DNA of 64,000 bases from an uncultured delta proteobacterium (GTDB taxonomy: Bacteria > Desulfobacterota > RBG-13-43-22), in contig CAWJJC010000028.1 in assembly GCA_963843145.1 (NCBI GenBank), forward strand, positions 576,001 to 640,000. The letters run 5' to 3'. This document shows, piece by piece, positions 48,372-57,219 of the stretch. How positions within the stretch are numbered: the stretch's first letter is position 1; each line of letters starts with the position of its first letter. Position numbers and translations under genes: made by a program. The notes beneath the pieces were generated by a model, which saw nothing but the letters and a program-made list of their open reading frames with translations, made no database searches and was not told the DNA's origin.

Positions 48372-49583
48372 ATGAAACGGATTGCGGTAATCATAGGATT
48401 GGTGGTGGTCTTGGGTGGAGGGTCATTGGCAGGCTATCGTTTTTACAAAAACCAGAGCCAGAATCTTCAATACAAAACTGAAAAGGTGCAGAAAGGCTCT
48501 CTTTCCGCGCAAGTGATTGCCACCGGGACCGTCAATCCCGTAACGCTGGTTCAGGTGGGTAGTCAGGTCTCCGGGGCCATTATCAAACTCTTCGCCGACT
48601 TTAACTCCGTGGTCCGCCAAGGACAGGTGATTGCCCAGATTGACCCCGCCCTTTTTCAGGCCAAGGTCGATCAGTCGGAAGCCGATTTGAAGAACGCCCG
48701 GGCTTCATTGGAAAAGGAAAAAACTTCGCTGGCGGATAATCTCCGGACCCTGAATCGCTACAAGACCCTTTTCCAGAGCAATCTCGTTGCCCAGACGGAT
48801 GTGGATCAGGCCCAGACCAAATACGACCTATCGACCGCATCCGTCAAGACGGCCCAGGCTCAAATCGAAACCGCCCAGGCCAATCTTGCCTCGGCCCGGA
48901 CTAATTTGAACTACACCACCATCCGCTCCCCGGTCAACGGTACGGTGGTGGCCCGAAATGTGGATGTGGGTCAGACCGTGGCCGCCAGCCTCCAGGCCCC
49001 CACGCTCTTCACGATTGCCCAGGACTTAAAGGAGATGCAGGTCGATACCAATGTGGATGAAGCGGATATCGGCCGGGTGAAAGTAGGTCAGACCGCCACG
49101 TTTACAGTAGATTCCTACCCGGGGGAACCTTTTACCGCCCTGGTCTCCCAGGTCCGAAATGCCCCGACCACGGTCCAGAATGTGGTCACCTATGATGTGG
49201 TCCTCCGGGTAAAGAATTCGGAATTAAAGCTAAAGCCGGGGATGACGGCGAATGTTTCCCTGATCATCGAAGAGAAGGAAGACGTCCTTAAAATTCCCAA
49301 TTCCGCCCTGCGTTTCAAACCGCCCCGGAAAGATGGGGGAGCCCCGCTCGACGCTAAAAAGCAGAAGAAAGGATCCGTGGTCTGGGTCTTAAGCGCGGAA
49401 AACAAACCGGTCCCTGCGTCGATAAGACCGGGAATAACGGATGGACAGTTTACCGAGGTGGTCGGAGGTAAATTAAAAGAGGGGGATGCGGTTATCACCG
49501 AACTCCTCCAAAATAACAAAAATGCCGAGGCCAAAGGATCCCAAAAGCCGCCCTCGGGTCCCGGGAGAGGAATGCGTTTTTAA
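48372..49583 (+). CDS. MacA-like efflux periplasmic adaptor
   Basis: VQVGSQVSG, IRSPVNG, GQTVAASLQAPTLF, LKPGMTA. Confidence 0.92.
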   Translation: MKRIAVIIGLVVVLGGGSLAGYRFYKNQSQNLQYKTEKVQKGSLSAQVIATGTVNPVTLVQVGSQVSGAIIKLFADFNSVVRQGQVIAQIDPALFQAKVDQSEADLKNARASLEKEKTSLADNLRTLNRYKTLFQSNLVAQTDVDQAQTKYDLSTASVKTAQAQIETAQANLASARTNLNYTTIRSPVNGTVVARNVDVGQTVAASLQAPTLFTIAQDLKEMQVDTNVDEADIGRVKVGQTATFTVDSYPGEPFTALVSQVRNAPTTVQNVVTYDVVLRVKNSELKLKPGMTANVSLIIEEKEDVLKIPNSALRFKPPRKDGGAPLDAKKQKKGSVVWVLSAENKPVPASIRPGITDGQFTEVVGGKLKEGDAVITELLQNNKNAEAKGSQKPPSGPGRGMRF

Positions 49584-49586
49584 GCT

Positions 49587-50345
49587 ATGCCGGAGAGTAA
49601 GAACGAAGTCATAAGGCCGTTGATCGAAGTCAAGGACCTGGTCAAGATATACAGCCTGGGGGATAATGAGATTAAGGCCTTGAACGGCGTCTCCCTCTCC
49701 ATTGCCCCCGGGGATTTTGTATCCATCATGGGTTCCTCCGGTTCGGGGAAATCTACGTTCATGAACGTTCTGGGTTGCCTCGATGTACCGACCGCGGGGT
49801 CCTATTTTCTGGATGGTATTGAAGTGGGTTCGCTGAAAAGGGACGAACTGGCCCATCTGCGCAATCAGAAAATCGGGTTCGTCTTCCAGGGCTTCAATCT
49901 TCTTTCGCGAACCTCCGCCATAGAAAACGTGGAACTGCCTCTCATCTACAGCACTTTTCCTGCCCGGGAACGCCGCCAGAGAGCCCAGGAGGCCCTGGCC
50001 GCCGTGGGTTTGTCCGGTCGGGAGAACCACCACTCCAATCAGCTCTCCGGAGGCCAGCAGCAGCGCGTGGCCATTGCCCGGGCCCTGGTCAATAAGCCTT
50101 CCATTATCTTGGCCGATGAACCCACCGGAAACCTGGACACCAAAACCAGCCAGGAAATCATGCAACTCCTGACCCAATTGAATGGGGAACAGAACATGAC
50201 CATCATTCTGGTGACCCACGAACCGGATATTTCCAAATTTACCCGGCGGATCATCCATTTCAAGGACGGGATCGTGGTCAGTGACCGCCCTTTTCAACCC
50301 CTTCCCGACGGTCCGGCCGAATTCCTTACCCGCGCAGGCGCCTAA
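49587..50345 (+). CDS. MacB/LolD-like ABC ATPase
   Basis: GSSGSGKST, LSGGQQQRVAIARAL, ADEPTGNLD, VTHE. Confidence 0.93.
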   Translation: MPESKNEVIRPLIEVKDLVKIYSLGDNEIKALNGVSLSIAPGDFVSIMGSSGSGKSTFMNVLGCLDVPTAGSYFLDGIEVGSLKRDELAHLRNQKIGFVFQGFNLLSRTSAIENVELPLIYSTFPARERRQRAQEALAAVGLSGRENHHSNQLSGGQQQRVAIARALVNKPSIILADEPTGNLDTKTSQEIMQLLTQLNGEQNMTIILVTHEPDISKFTRRIIHFKDGIVVSDRPFQPLPDGPAEFLTRAGA

Positions 50346-50348
50346 CCC

Positions 50349-51578
50349 ATGATGAAACCTCTTTCCAGCCTGAAGGTGGCCCTGAGGGCCTTGCGCATCA
50401 ATAAGATGCGGTCCTTTTTGACCATGCTCGGGATCATCATCGGGGTCGGGGCGGTGATCGTCATGGTGGCCATCGGTTCCGGGGCCAGTGAAATGATCGC
50501 CCAACAGATTGCCAGTATGGGGTCCAATCTTCTGATCGTCCTTCCCGGGGCCACTACCTCCGGCGGGGCGCGGATGGGGGGCGGGAGTGTCTCCACACTG
50601 ACTTCCGACGATGCCAAAGCCATCAAGGACGAATGCTCGGCCATCAAAGACGTGGCCCCCGTCTGGGGCGGGGTTACTCAGGTGGTTTATGGAAATCAGA
50701 ACTGGAATACCAGCGTTACCGGCACCACCCCTCCCTTCTTCGACATCCGGGAATGGCCGATAGCCACGGGCCGCATTTTTAACGAACAGGAGATCAGCGG
50801 GGCGGTCAAAGTGGCGGTTATCGGGCAGACGATTGTGGAAAATCTTTTTGGCGCTGAAAATCCCTTGGGCCAGATTATCCGCATCAAGAAGGTGCCTTTT
50901 ACGATCATCGGGGTCCTGTCCAGGAAAGGGCAATCCCCGCAGGGTCAAGACCAGGACGACGCCGTCTATATACCGCTGACCACTTCCCAGAAAAAGGTCT
51001 TTGGAAGCAGTTTGCCCAAGACCGTTCGGATCATCCTGGTCCAGGCCGTGGATCTGAGTCAAATGGCCGAGGCGGAAAAGCAGGTCAATGAGTTGTTGAA
51101 CCAGCGGCACCGGACCCAACCCAATCAACTGCCGGATTTTACGGTCCGGAATTTAACCGAAATCATGGCCACGGCCGAACAGTCGGCCAAGGTAATGTCC
51201 CTGCTCCTGGGCTCTATTGCCCTCGTCTCCCTTTTCGTGGGCGGCATCGGGATTATGAATATCATGCTGGTTTCGGTAACGGAACGGACCCGGGAAATCG
51301 GGATCCGGATGGCGGTCGGCGCGCGGGGACGGGATATCCTTTTTCAATTTCTGACCGAGTCGATCCTCCTGAGCATGGTGGGGGGATTGATCGGAATCAT
51401 TATCGGCGTCATCGGAGCCAAGGTGATGTCCTCCTTCACCGGATGGAATGTCCTTATTTCCTATTGGGCGTTATTGATTTCCTTTTCTTTCGCGGCGGCC
51501 GTAGGCATCTTTTTCGGCTTTTATCCGGCCCGCAAGGCTTCGCGTCTGAACCCGATCGACGCGTTGCGGTATGAGTAA
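50349..51578 (+). CDS. MacB-like ABC permease
   Basis: RSFLTMLGIIIGV, GGIGIMNIMLVSVTERTREIG, PIDALRYE. Confidence 0.93.
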   Translation: MMKPLSSLKVALRALRINKMRSFLTMLGIIIGVGAVIVMVAIGSGASEMIAQQIASMGSNLLIVLPGATTSGGARMGGGSVSTLTSDDAKAIKDECSAIKDVAPVWGGVTQVVYGNQNWNTSVTGTTPPFFDIREWPIATGRIFNEQEISGAVKVAVIGQTIVENLFGAENPLGQIIRIKKVPFTIIGVLSRKGQSPQGQDQDDAVYIPLTTSQKKVFGSSLPKTVRIILVQAVDLSQMAEAEKQVNELLNQRHRTQPNQLPDFTVRNLTEIMATAEQSAKVMSLLLGSIALVSLFVGGIGIMNIMLVSVTERTREIGIRMAVGARGRDILFQFLTESILLSMVGGLIGIIIGVIGAKVMSSFTGWNVLISYWALLISFSFAAAVGIFFGFYPARKASRLNPIDALRYE

Positions 51579-51668
51579 AGGCGCAGGGCGCGGAGCGCCA
51601 AGCGCAGAGCGCGTTGAGATCCCCCTCCCTCGACCTATAAAGGGATTTGGAACTGAGGAATATTTTAA

Positions 51669-51902
51669 CAGTCTCATCATTGTACTTACACGGGGTGTTT
51701 TCTTTTTGTCTCTCGCCCGCTTCGCTCGAGTTCGCCGAGGGCGCAGAGAAAGACCAGGTTGCTTTTTGAAAAATCGCTGAGACGCCGATTTTTCAAAAGA
51801 ACTCACGCCTCCGGCGGGGTCAGCGGCAATCAAAAAGTATTTATTCTCTGCGGTCTTGGTGTGCTCTGTGAGAGATCGTCTTTTGTTTTTGGTTGTGACT
51901 GG
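51669..51902. repeat. structured ~230-bp repeat, copy A
   Basis: closely similar to 56925-57206 but missing a 53-bp segment between GGCGGGGTC direct repeats. Confidence 0.85.
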
Positions 51903-52208
51903 CGGCTTCAAGGAATCCCGTCAATGATATTTTGAGACCGTTAATAAGTAGTAAGAATTTGGACCCAATTCCCTCTTTTCGATTGACAATACCCCCAAAA
52001 ATTGATTTTATTGACCCGTCTTTACGAATAATCCTACAAACAACTCCAGCTTTAAAGCAAAGTGATTTTATAAAGAGCGGGGCCAATGAAAGCCTCGTGG
52101 TTATCTCGCGCCGGATGGACCGAAGCGAGCGGGTTTCCGGCCACGATTGGGCGCACAGCCGCGCCTCGGGGGGCTGCCGGCCGTGCCCTTGGCAAGGGTG
52201 GCAGCGCG

Positions 52209-52484
52209 TCAATCCGACTGGACTTGCCAATTGGACATTCCCGGGCGTTGCGCCGTTTCAGCCAGAAAGGCCTCGATTTCGGTCCGGCCCAGGTCCCGGC
52301 GCCTGCGGCCCGGATGCTTGGCAAAAAACCGGCGGATCCAGGCTACATAGTGCGGGATGGTTTTCTCCTGTGCCCCGGCTTCCCGCAGTACGGCGATGTA
52401 TCCCTCAGGCCAGCGCGGCTGGGGATTCAGCGGCGCCACGCCCCGACAAGTCGTTTGAGGCATATCATCCCGGGAGGTACCCAA
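52209..52484 (-). pseudogene. N-terminal SAM-like domain remnant of a tyrosine (integron-type) integrase
   Basis: KTIPHYVAWIRRFF..H.GRRRRDLGRTEIEAFL....SNWQV pattern; catalytic domain absent. Confidence 0.65.
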
Positions 52485-52498
52485 TTAGGGATGCTATT

Positions 52499-52523
52499 TT
52501 TGACGTATAATATTATGTTCGAC
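52499..52523 (+). other. putative attI-like site
   Basis: TTGACGTATAATATTAT-GTTCGAC between the integrase start and a divergent RBS-bearing ORF. Confidence 0.45.
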
Positions 52524-52550
52524 GACAGATGAGAAAAAACGGAGGCCACG

Positions 52551-52775
52551 ATGAGCAACATCCTTGATACACCAGAAATGGCAAGACTCCTAACGCTCGT
52601 GGAGGAGGCCGCTCGCTCTACGGAGGAGGGCGTCAAGCATTTCGTTGAGCCCGCGCCTGGCACGCTGCAACGCACAACCAACAAGCGGCATCACATCGTA
52701 TTCGGGCGCCGTGGATCTGGGAAGTCGAGCCTCCTTCGAAAGGCTGCTGCTGACCTTACGGTCGATCGGAGGCCG
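52551..52775 (+). pseudogene. truncated P-loop ATPase (first cassette-like gene)
   Basis: GGAGG RBS; HIVFGRRGSGKSSLL Walker A, after which protein-like sequence is lost. Confidence 0.65.
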
Positions 52776-53009
52776 TCACCTGTTGGGATAATGAGTGGCT
52801 GGACATCTTCCGGGACGATACGGACCAGGAGGTGTTCCTGGAAATCCAATCTGGGGTCCTCCCCTCAATAACGTGAAGCTTTGCATCAGGGTTTGAAAGA
52901 GAACCATTCTTATTTGCTACTGGACACCCCTTATGGGAAAACACATCTGTAATTTGAAGGGAATATGGGGAAAAAGAATATAAACAATAAAGACCGCGTA
53001 TTCGTTAGG

Positions 53010-53170
53010 ATGGGTCGAGAGCAGGAAGCCCGCGCCGAGGCTGCCGAAGTCCTGAGAATAAATCCGAACTTTTCATTGGATTCCTTTGCCAAAATCCTGC
53101 CTTAGAAAGATCAATCTTCAAGTGGCAATGTTGTTGAGGCCCTGCGCCGGGCGGGACTGAGAGAAAATAG
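53010..53170 (+). pseudogene. C-terminal remnant of a cyclase/TolB-TPR-type protein
   Basis: MGREQEARAEAAEVLRINPNFSL..FAKILP*KDQ...VEALRRAGL with an internal stop. Confidence 0.6.
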
Positions 53171-53228
53171 GGAAGATGGAAGATAAAACGGCCGTTCACG
53201 AGTCGTTAGATGTGAGGGTGATTTGGGA

Positions 53229-53483
53229 CTAGGCGCTTTTTCTCACGTCCTCACCTATCTCGTAAAGAAACTCTGGAGCGAAATCAGCTCCATTCGGCCA
53301 TTCAATTGTACCCGTGTCGGGATTAACCCGGACTTTTTTGAAAAACTCAATTTCATTTAAGGGCTTAAAGATCTCGCCATTCAATTCATTCTTCAATTCA
53401 AGATCCTTGATCTTTCCGTCATTAAATTCCAGCCGTAATTGGTAATCCTTTAAATATAAGACACTAGATACATGCAAAAACAT
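53229..53483 (-). CDS. DUF2442 family protein (TA-associated)
   Basis: YQLRLEFNDG, GEIFKPL, FFKKVRV, TIEWPNGADFAPEFLY; GAGGAG RBS. Confidence 0.85.
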   Translation of the reverse strand: MFLHVSSVLYLKDYQLRLEFNDGKIKDLELKNELNGEIFKPLNEIEFFKKVRVNPDTGTIEWPNGADFAPEFLYEIGEDVRKSA

Positions 53484-53565
53484 CTCAGACTCCTCATTCT
53501 GGATTGCTTTCTTCAACGAAAGGGGAAGCGCGAAGAAGAGTGTTCTCCCGTCAAACAAGCGTTGT

Positions 53566-53733
53566 TTATGGTTTCCTTCCCCTCACATATTCCGAAATAT
53601 AAGCCATCCCCACCAAGAATACCGCAATCAGGACCGTGAATAAGGAAAGACGTTGAAAAAAGAAACGGCTCATCAGGACGGCCAGGCCGACCCCGAATAC
53701 CGCCCGAATAAGAAATTTTACGAAACCGGACAT
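53566..53733 (-). CDS. 55-aa two-TM membrane protein, duplicate copy
   Basis: identical protein to 54967-55134. Confidence 0.7.
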   Translation of the reverse strand: MSGFVKFLIRAVFGVGLAVLMSRFFFQRLSLFTVLIAVFLVGMAYISEYVRGRKP

Positions 53734-54013
53734 AAGCGATTCCTTCCCATTAATACAAAAATAGCCCCAACTCCTGTCATTGCGAGCGAAGCGAAGCAAT
53801 CCCCATCGACAGATCAATGGCTTGGGGGAACAGAATCCATTAAGATCTTCAACATGAAAGGAAACGGCAAGGATTTCTTTGCCCGGCACAACGGAGTTGT
53901 TCCTCGACCCCTTTCCAGGCGTTGATCATAGCGGGTCGGAGAGAATCTGTTCCAGCGGGTGTTCATTAGAATTGTATTATTGACGTATAACGTATAATGT
54001 GCTAGCGTACTGT

Positions 54014-54295
54014 ATGATCATCAGTTTCCGGAATAAGCGGACCCGCGCGTTTTTCGAAGGCGAGCGGGTTAAGACGTTTCAGGGGTTTGAGCGGCAAGCC
54101 ATGCTGCGGCTCGAACGGCTCCACGCGGCGGACCGTCTCAGGGCTCTTAACACCCCCGGAAACCGGCTTGAAGCCCTCAAGGGTGATCGCAAAGGGCAGC
54201 ACAGCATCCGCATCAATGACCAGTGGCGGATTTGCTTCGAATGGCCAGAGAACTCCCCAGGGCCGCTTGATGTGGAAATTGTGGACTATCACTAG
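54014..54295 (+). CDS. higB: HigB (RelE-family) toxin
   Basis: MIISFRNK, PGNRLEALKGDRKGQHSIRINDQWRICFEW, VEIVDYH. Confidence 0.93.
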   Translation: MIISFRNKRTRAFFEGERVKTFQGFERQAMLRLERLHAADRLRALNTPGNRLEALKGDRKGQHSIRINDQWRICFEWPENSPGPLDVEIVDYH

Positions 54296-54305
54296 GAGGT
54301 TAGCA

Positions 54306-54617
54306 ATGGCAAGAATTATCATTCACCCAGGGGAACACCTGGCCGACGAGTTAAAGGCGCTTGGCATGAGTGCCAACGAGCTGGCGAAAGAATTGGGCGT
54401 GCCGACGAATCGGCTTACTCAGATCATACGAGGCAAACGGGGAATCACCGGCGACACGGCCCTGCGTCTTGGCCGGTGGTTCGGCACGGGTCCGGATATC
54501 TGGATCAATCTGCAAAAAAATTATGAGCTGCGGCTGGCATCGATGGAGATAGGTGACGCGCTGAAAAAAATTCCCCAGCATTACGGTAAGAGGACGAACG
54601 GCGAACTACGCCCTTGA
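54306..54617 (+). CDS. higA: HigA antitoxin
   Basis: IHPGEHL, HTH, GITGDTALRLGRWFG..WINLQKNYEL. Confidence 0.93.
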   Translation: MARIIIHPGEHLADELKALGMSANELAKELGVPTNRLTQIIRGKRGITGDTALRLGRWFGTGPDIWINLQKNYELRLASMEIGDALKKIPQHYGKRTNGELRP

Positions 54618-54651
54618 TATCAAACGACAAAATACAGAAGGAAAACAGAAA

Positions 54652-54852
54652 GTGAGAACCACCCTGGATTTGCCGGAAGACCTCTTGAAGGAGGTTAGGA
54701 CCCTGGCCGGAACCAGATCGAAGACCGCGGCGGTGGTCCTGGCCCTAAAAGACTTCATGGACCATAAAAAAATCGAAGAACTGAGGAAGTTGCGGAGTTC
54801 GGTCATCGTTGAGCACGATCTTGCCGCGCTCCGTCATACTCGAAACCGCTGA
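54652..54852 (+). CDS. VapB-like RHH antitoxin
   Basis: MRTTLDLPEDLL..V..L.GTRSKTAAV..AL. Confidence 0.8.
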   Translation: MRTTLDLPEDLLKEVRTLAGTRSKTAAVVLALKDFMDHKKIEELRKLRSSVIVEHDLAALRHTRNR

Positions 54853-54959
54853 TGGTCCTGGTTGATACCTCGGTCTGGATTGCTTTTTTCAAAGAAATTC
54901 CATCTGACATCTGGTCCGATATGATCAAAATTCAAGAATGGGAGTTGAACCTCAGCTAG
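54852..54959 (+). pseudogene. truncated VapC/PIN toxin
   Basis: MVLVDTSVWIAFF coupled by TGATG; stops after 35 aa. Confidence 0.75.
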
Positions 54960-54966
54960 GCGTAGT

Positions 54967-55134
54967 TTACGGTTTCCTTCCTCTCACATATTCCGAAATA
55001 TAAGCCATCCCCACCAAGAATACCGCAATCAGGACCGTGAATAAGGAAAGACGTTGAAAAAAGAAACGGCTCATCAAGACGGCCAGGCCGACCCCGAATA
55101 CCGCCCGAATAAGAAATTTTACGAAACCGGACAT
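54967..55134 (-). CDS. 55-aa two-TM membrane protein
   Basis: GGAAGGA RBS; MSGFVKFLIRAVFGVGLAVLMSRFFF... Confidence 0.7.
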   Translation of the reverse strand: MSGFVKFLIRAVFGVGLAVLMSRFFFQRLSLFTVLIAVFLVGMAYISEYVRGRKP

Positions 55135-55150
55135 GATCGATTCCTTCCCA

Positions 55151-55498
55151 TTAATACGAAAATAGCCCCAACTCCGGTCATTGCGAGCCCGGACCTGATC
55201 CGGGGGAAGCAATCCCCATCGACAGCTTAGGGGAACCCGGGAGCCCGTTGGGGGATTGCTTCGTCGCTCCACTCCTCGCAATGACGTCTCTGCTGGCAAG
55301 TCCGTGTATTTTCATGCTTCGTGGGTGGCATGGGCCATGGGGGTTTAATACGAAAATAAAACTTGGTACCACTTAGGCACTCAATAATAATTAATAATTA
55401 ACAATTGATTATTAATTATTAATATCAAGAAGTTAAGCTGTCTTCTGCCTCCATTATTTTCATGCTTCGGGGTGCCCGCCCCGGGCATGGAGGGTTAA
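55151..55498. repeat. two tandem TTAATACGAAAATA...TATTTTCATGCTTCG units with different cargo
   Basis: unit 1 holds a REP (55177-55285); unit 2 holds an AT heptad palindrome (55381-55423). Confidence 0.75.
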
Positions 55499-56697
55499 GA
55501 CCTGAGCAATATTTTCCGGAGCCAGTCCAGGGCCATGACCGTAACCCGATCGGCCAAAATGTCCGGGGGCCCGCCGATGGGGTGTTCATAATTTTCCGAA
55601 CGGTTCTCCCGGGCGAAACCCAAATGCAAAACCTGTCGGCCGGCGTTTTCCGCTACGAAAATCCCTAACCCGCAATCCACTGAAAGCGCTTTCCTGATGG
55701 ACCGGGCCAAGGACAGGCCGGGCTTCTTCTTTACTCTTTTTAGATTCAGGGGCCAGTCGGCCAAATGCTGGATGACCCAGCCACCCTTGACCCGGGGGCT
55801 CGGGGTGGCTTGGAGACGCTGAAAAATACGTCCGCCGGTATAGGCGTCGGCCACCGCCAAGGACAGCCCCTGCTGCTCCAGTTGGCGGGCAACAGTACCC
55901 TCCAGGGTATCCGCGTCTTCCCCAAAAATGACAGGCCCCAATCGTTCACGGATCTGATCGGCTACCGTCTGAATAAGTTTTTGCGTGGCTTCCCGGTTTT
56001 TGCCCCTGGCGGTCAGCCGGATTCGGATTTCTCCCGGAGAGGCTAAGAGGCCGATGACCGGGTTCGTGCTCTCCCGGATCAGGTCCCCGATCTGTTCATC
56101 CACCCGGCTTTCACCCAGGCCGCAGACCTTCAAGACCTTATATTCGATCAATCCCCGGGCCGTCCCCATTTTCTTTTGAAGAAAGGGGGCGATGGATTCA
56201 GACCACATTCGTTTTAGCTCTCGGGGCACCCCCGGGACGGTGATGATCAGATGGTCTTTTTCGGTTTCCAGGATAAACCCCGGGGCCGTGCCGATCGGGT
56301 TGAGCAGGGTTTGGGCGCGGGCCGGGATATAGGCCTGCTTGCGGTTATTGGGGGCCATGACAAATCCCGCCAGATCGAAATACCCCTGGATAATCCGCAG
56401 CAACCGGGGATGGAAAACCAGCTTTCGGCCGGTGATCCGGGCGATTACTTCCCGGGTCAGGTCGTCTTCGGTTGGGCCGATGCCTCCGGTAGTCATAACG
56501 ATCCGGGAGCGTTTCAGTGCCCGGGACAGCACCTCGGCCATGCGCCGAGGGTCATCCCCCACCTGACTGGAATAACGGACTTCGATCCCCAGTTCCTGGA
56601 ACCGGGCGGCCAGATAGGAGGTGTTGGTATCGATGATCTGCCCCAGCAAAAGTTCAGAGCCGATGGCCACAATCTCGGCGGTCCAGTCTTTCGGCAT
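55495..56697 (-). CDS. cinA: CinA-family protein (MoCF-like + degenerate PncC domain)
   Basis: IGSELLLGQIIDTN, TGGIGPTEDDLT, NPIGTAPG, PGVPREL. Confidence 0.9.
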   Translation of the reverse strand: MPKDWTAEIVAIGSELLLGQIIDTNTSYLAARFQELGIEVRYSSQVGDDPRRMAEVLSRALKRSRIVMTTGGIGPTEDDLTREVIARITGRKLVFHPRLLRIIQGYFDLAGFVMAPNNRKQAYIPARAQTLLNPIGTAPGFILETEKDHLIITVPGVPRELKRMWSESIAPFLQKKMGTARGLIEYKVLKVCGLGESRVDEQIGDLIRESTNPVIGLLASPGEIRIRLTARGKNREATQKLIQTVADQIRERLGPVIFGEDADTLEGTVARQLEQQGLSLAVADAYTGGRIFQRLQATPSPRVKGGWVIQHLADWPLNLKRVKKKPGLSLARSIRKALSVDCGLGIFVAENAGRQVLHLGFARENRSENYEHPIGGPPDILADRVTVMALDWLRKILLRS

Positions 56698-56924
56698 GCG
56701 CGCCCTCCATTTTTTGGATCAGCTTGCTGGAAGATCGAAGAAAAGTCAACCCCCAGGTCCGGGATATCGTTTCTAGATTATTTTTCTAAATTTTATACCA
56801 GACTTTCCGAACTCAAGTGAACCAGGCGCTCAAAAAATGGCGGGGGGACGGGACCCTGGAAGCGGTCCTCCTTAAATGGCTGCCGGGAAACTACTTGAAG
56901 ATCTTTAAATAGTCTTATTAACCT

Positions 56925-57206
56925 TCTCATAATTGTATTTACACGAATTTTACTCTTTATCTCTCGCCCGCTTCGCTCGAGTTCGCAGAGGGCGCAGAGA
57001 AAGATGAATTTAGTCTTTGAAAAATCGCTGAGACGCCGATTTTTCAAAAAAACTCACGCCTCCGGCGGGGTCTCATTCGCGGAGCGGGAGATTTTTTTTG
57101 ATTGCCGCCCCGCCTAGGCGGGGTCAGCGGCAATCAAAAATTAACTATTCTCTGCGATCCCTGTGCGCTCTGCGAGAGATCGTCTTTTGTCTTACGTTGT
57201 GACTGG
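56925..57206. repeat. structured ~280-bp repeat, copy B
   Basis: CGCAGAGGGCGCAGAG...CTCTGCG arms with internal hairpins TTTGAAAAATCG/CGATTTTTCAAA and TTGATTGCCGC/GCGGCAATCAA. Confidence 0.85.
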
Positions 57207-57219
57207 GTGGCTTTTCGGA

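Noticed and set aside
49473-51128. 551-aa minus-strand ORF and other long antisense ORFs (e.g. 776-1519, 8651-9595, 9767-10663, 41358-42176)
   Set aside because: Shadow or alternate frames of well-supported GC-rich genes with no recognisable motifs
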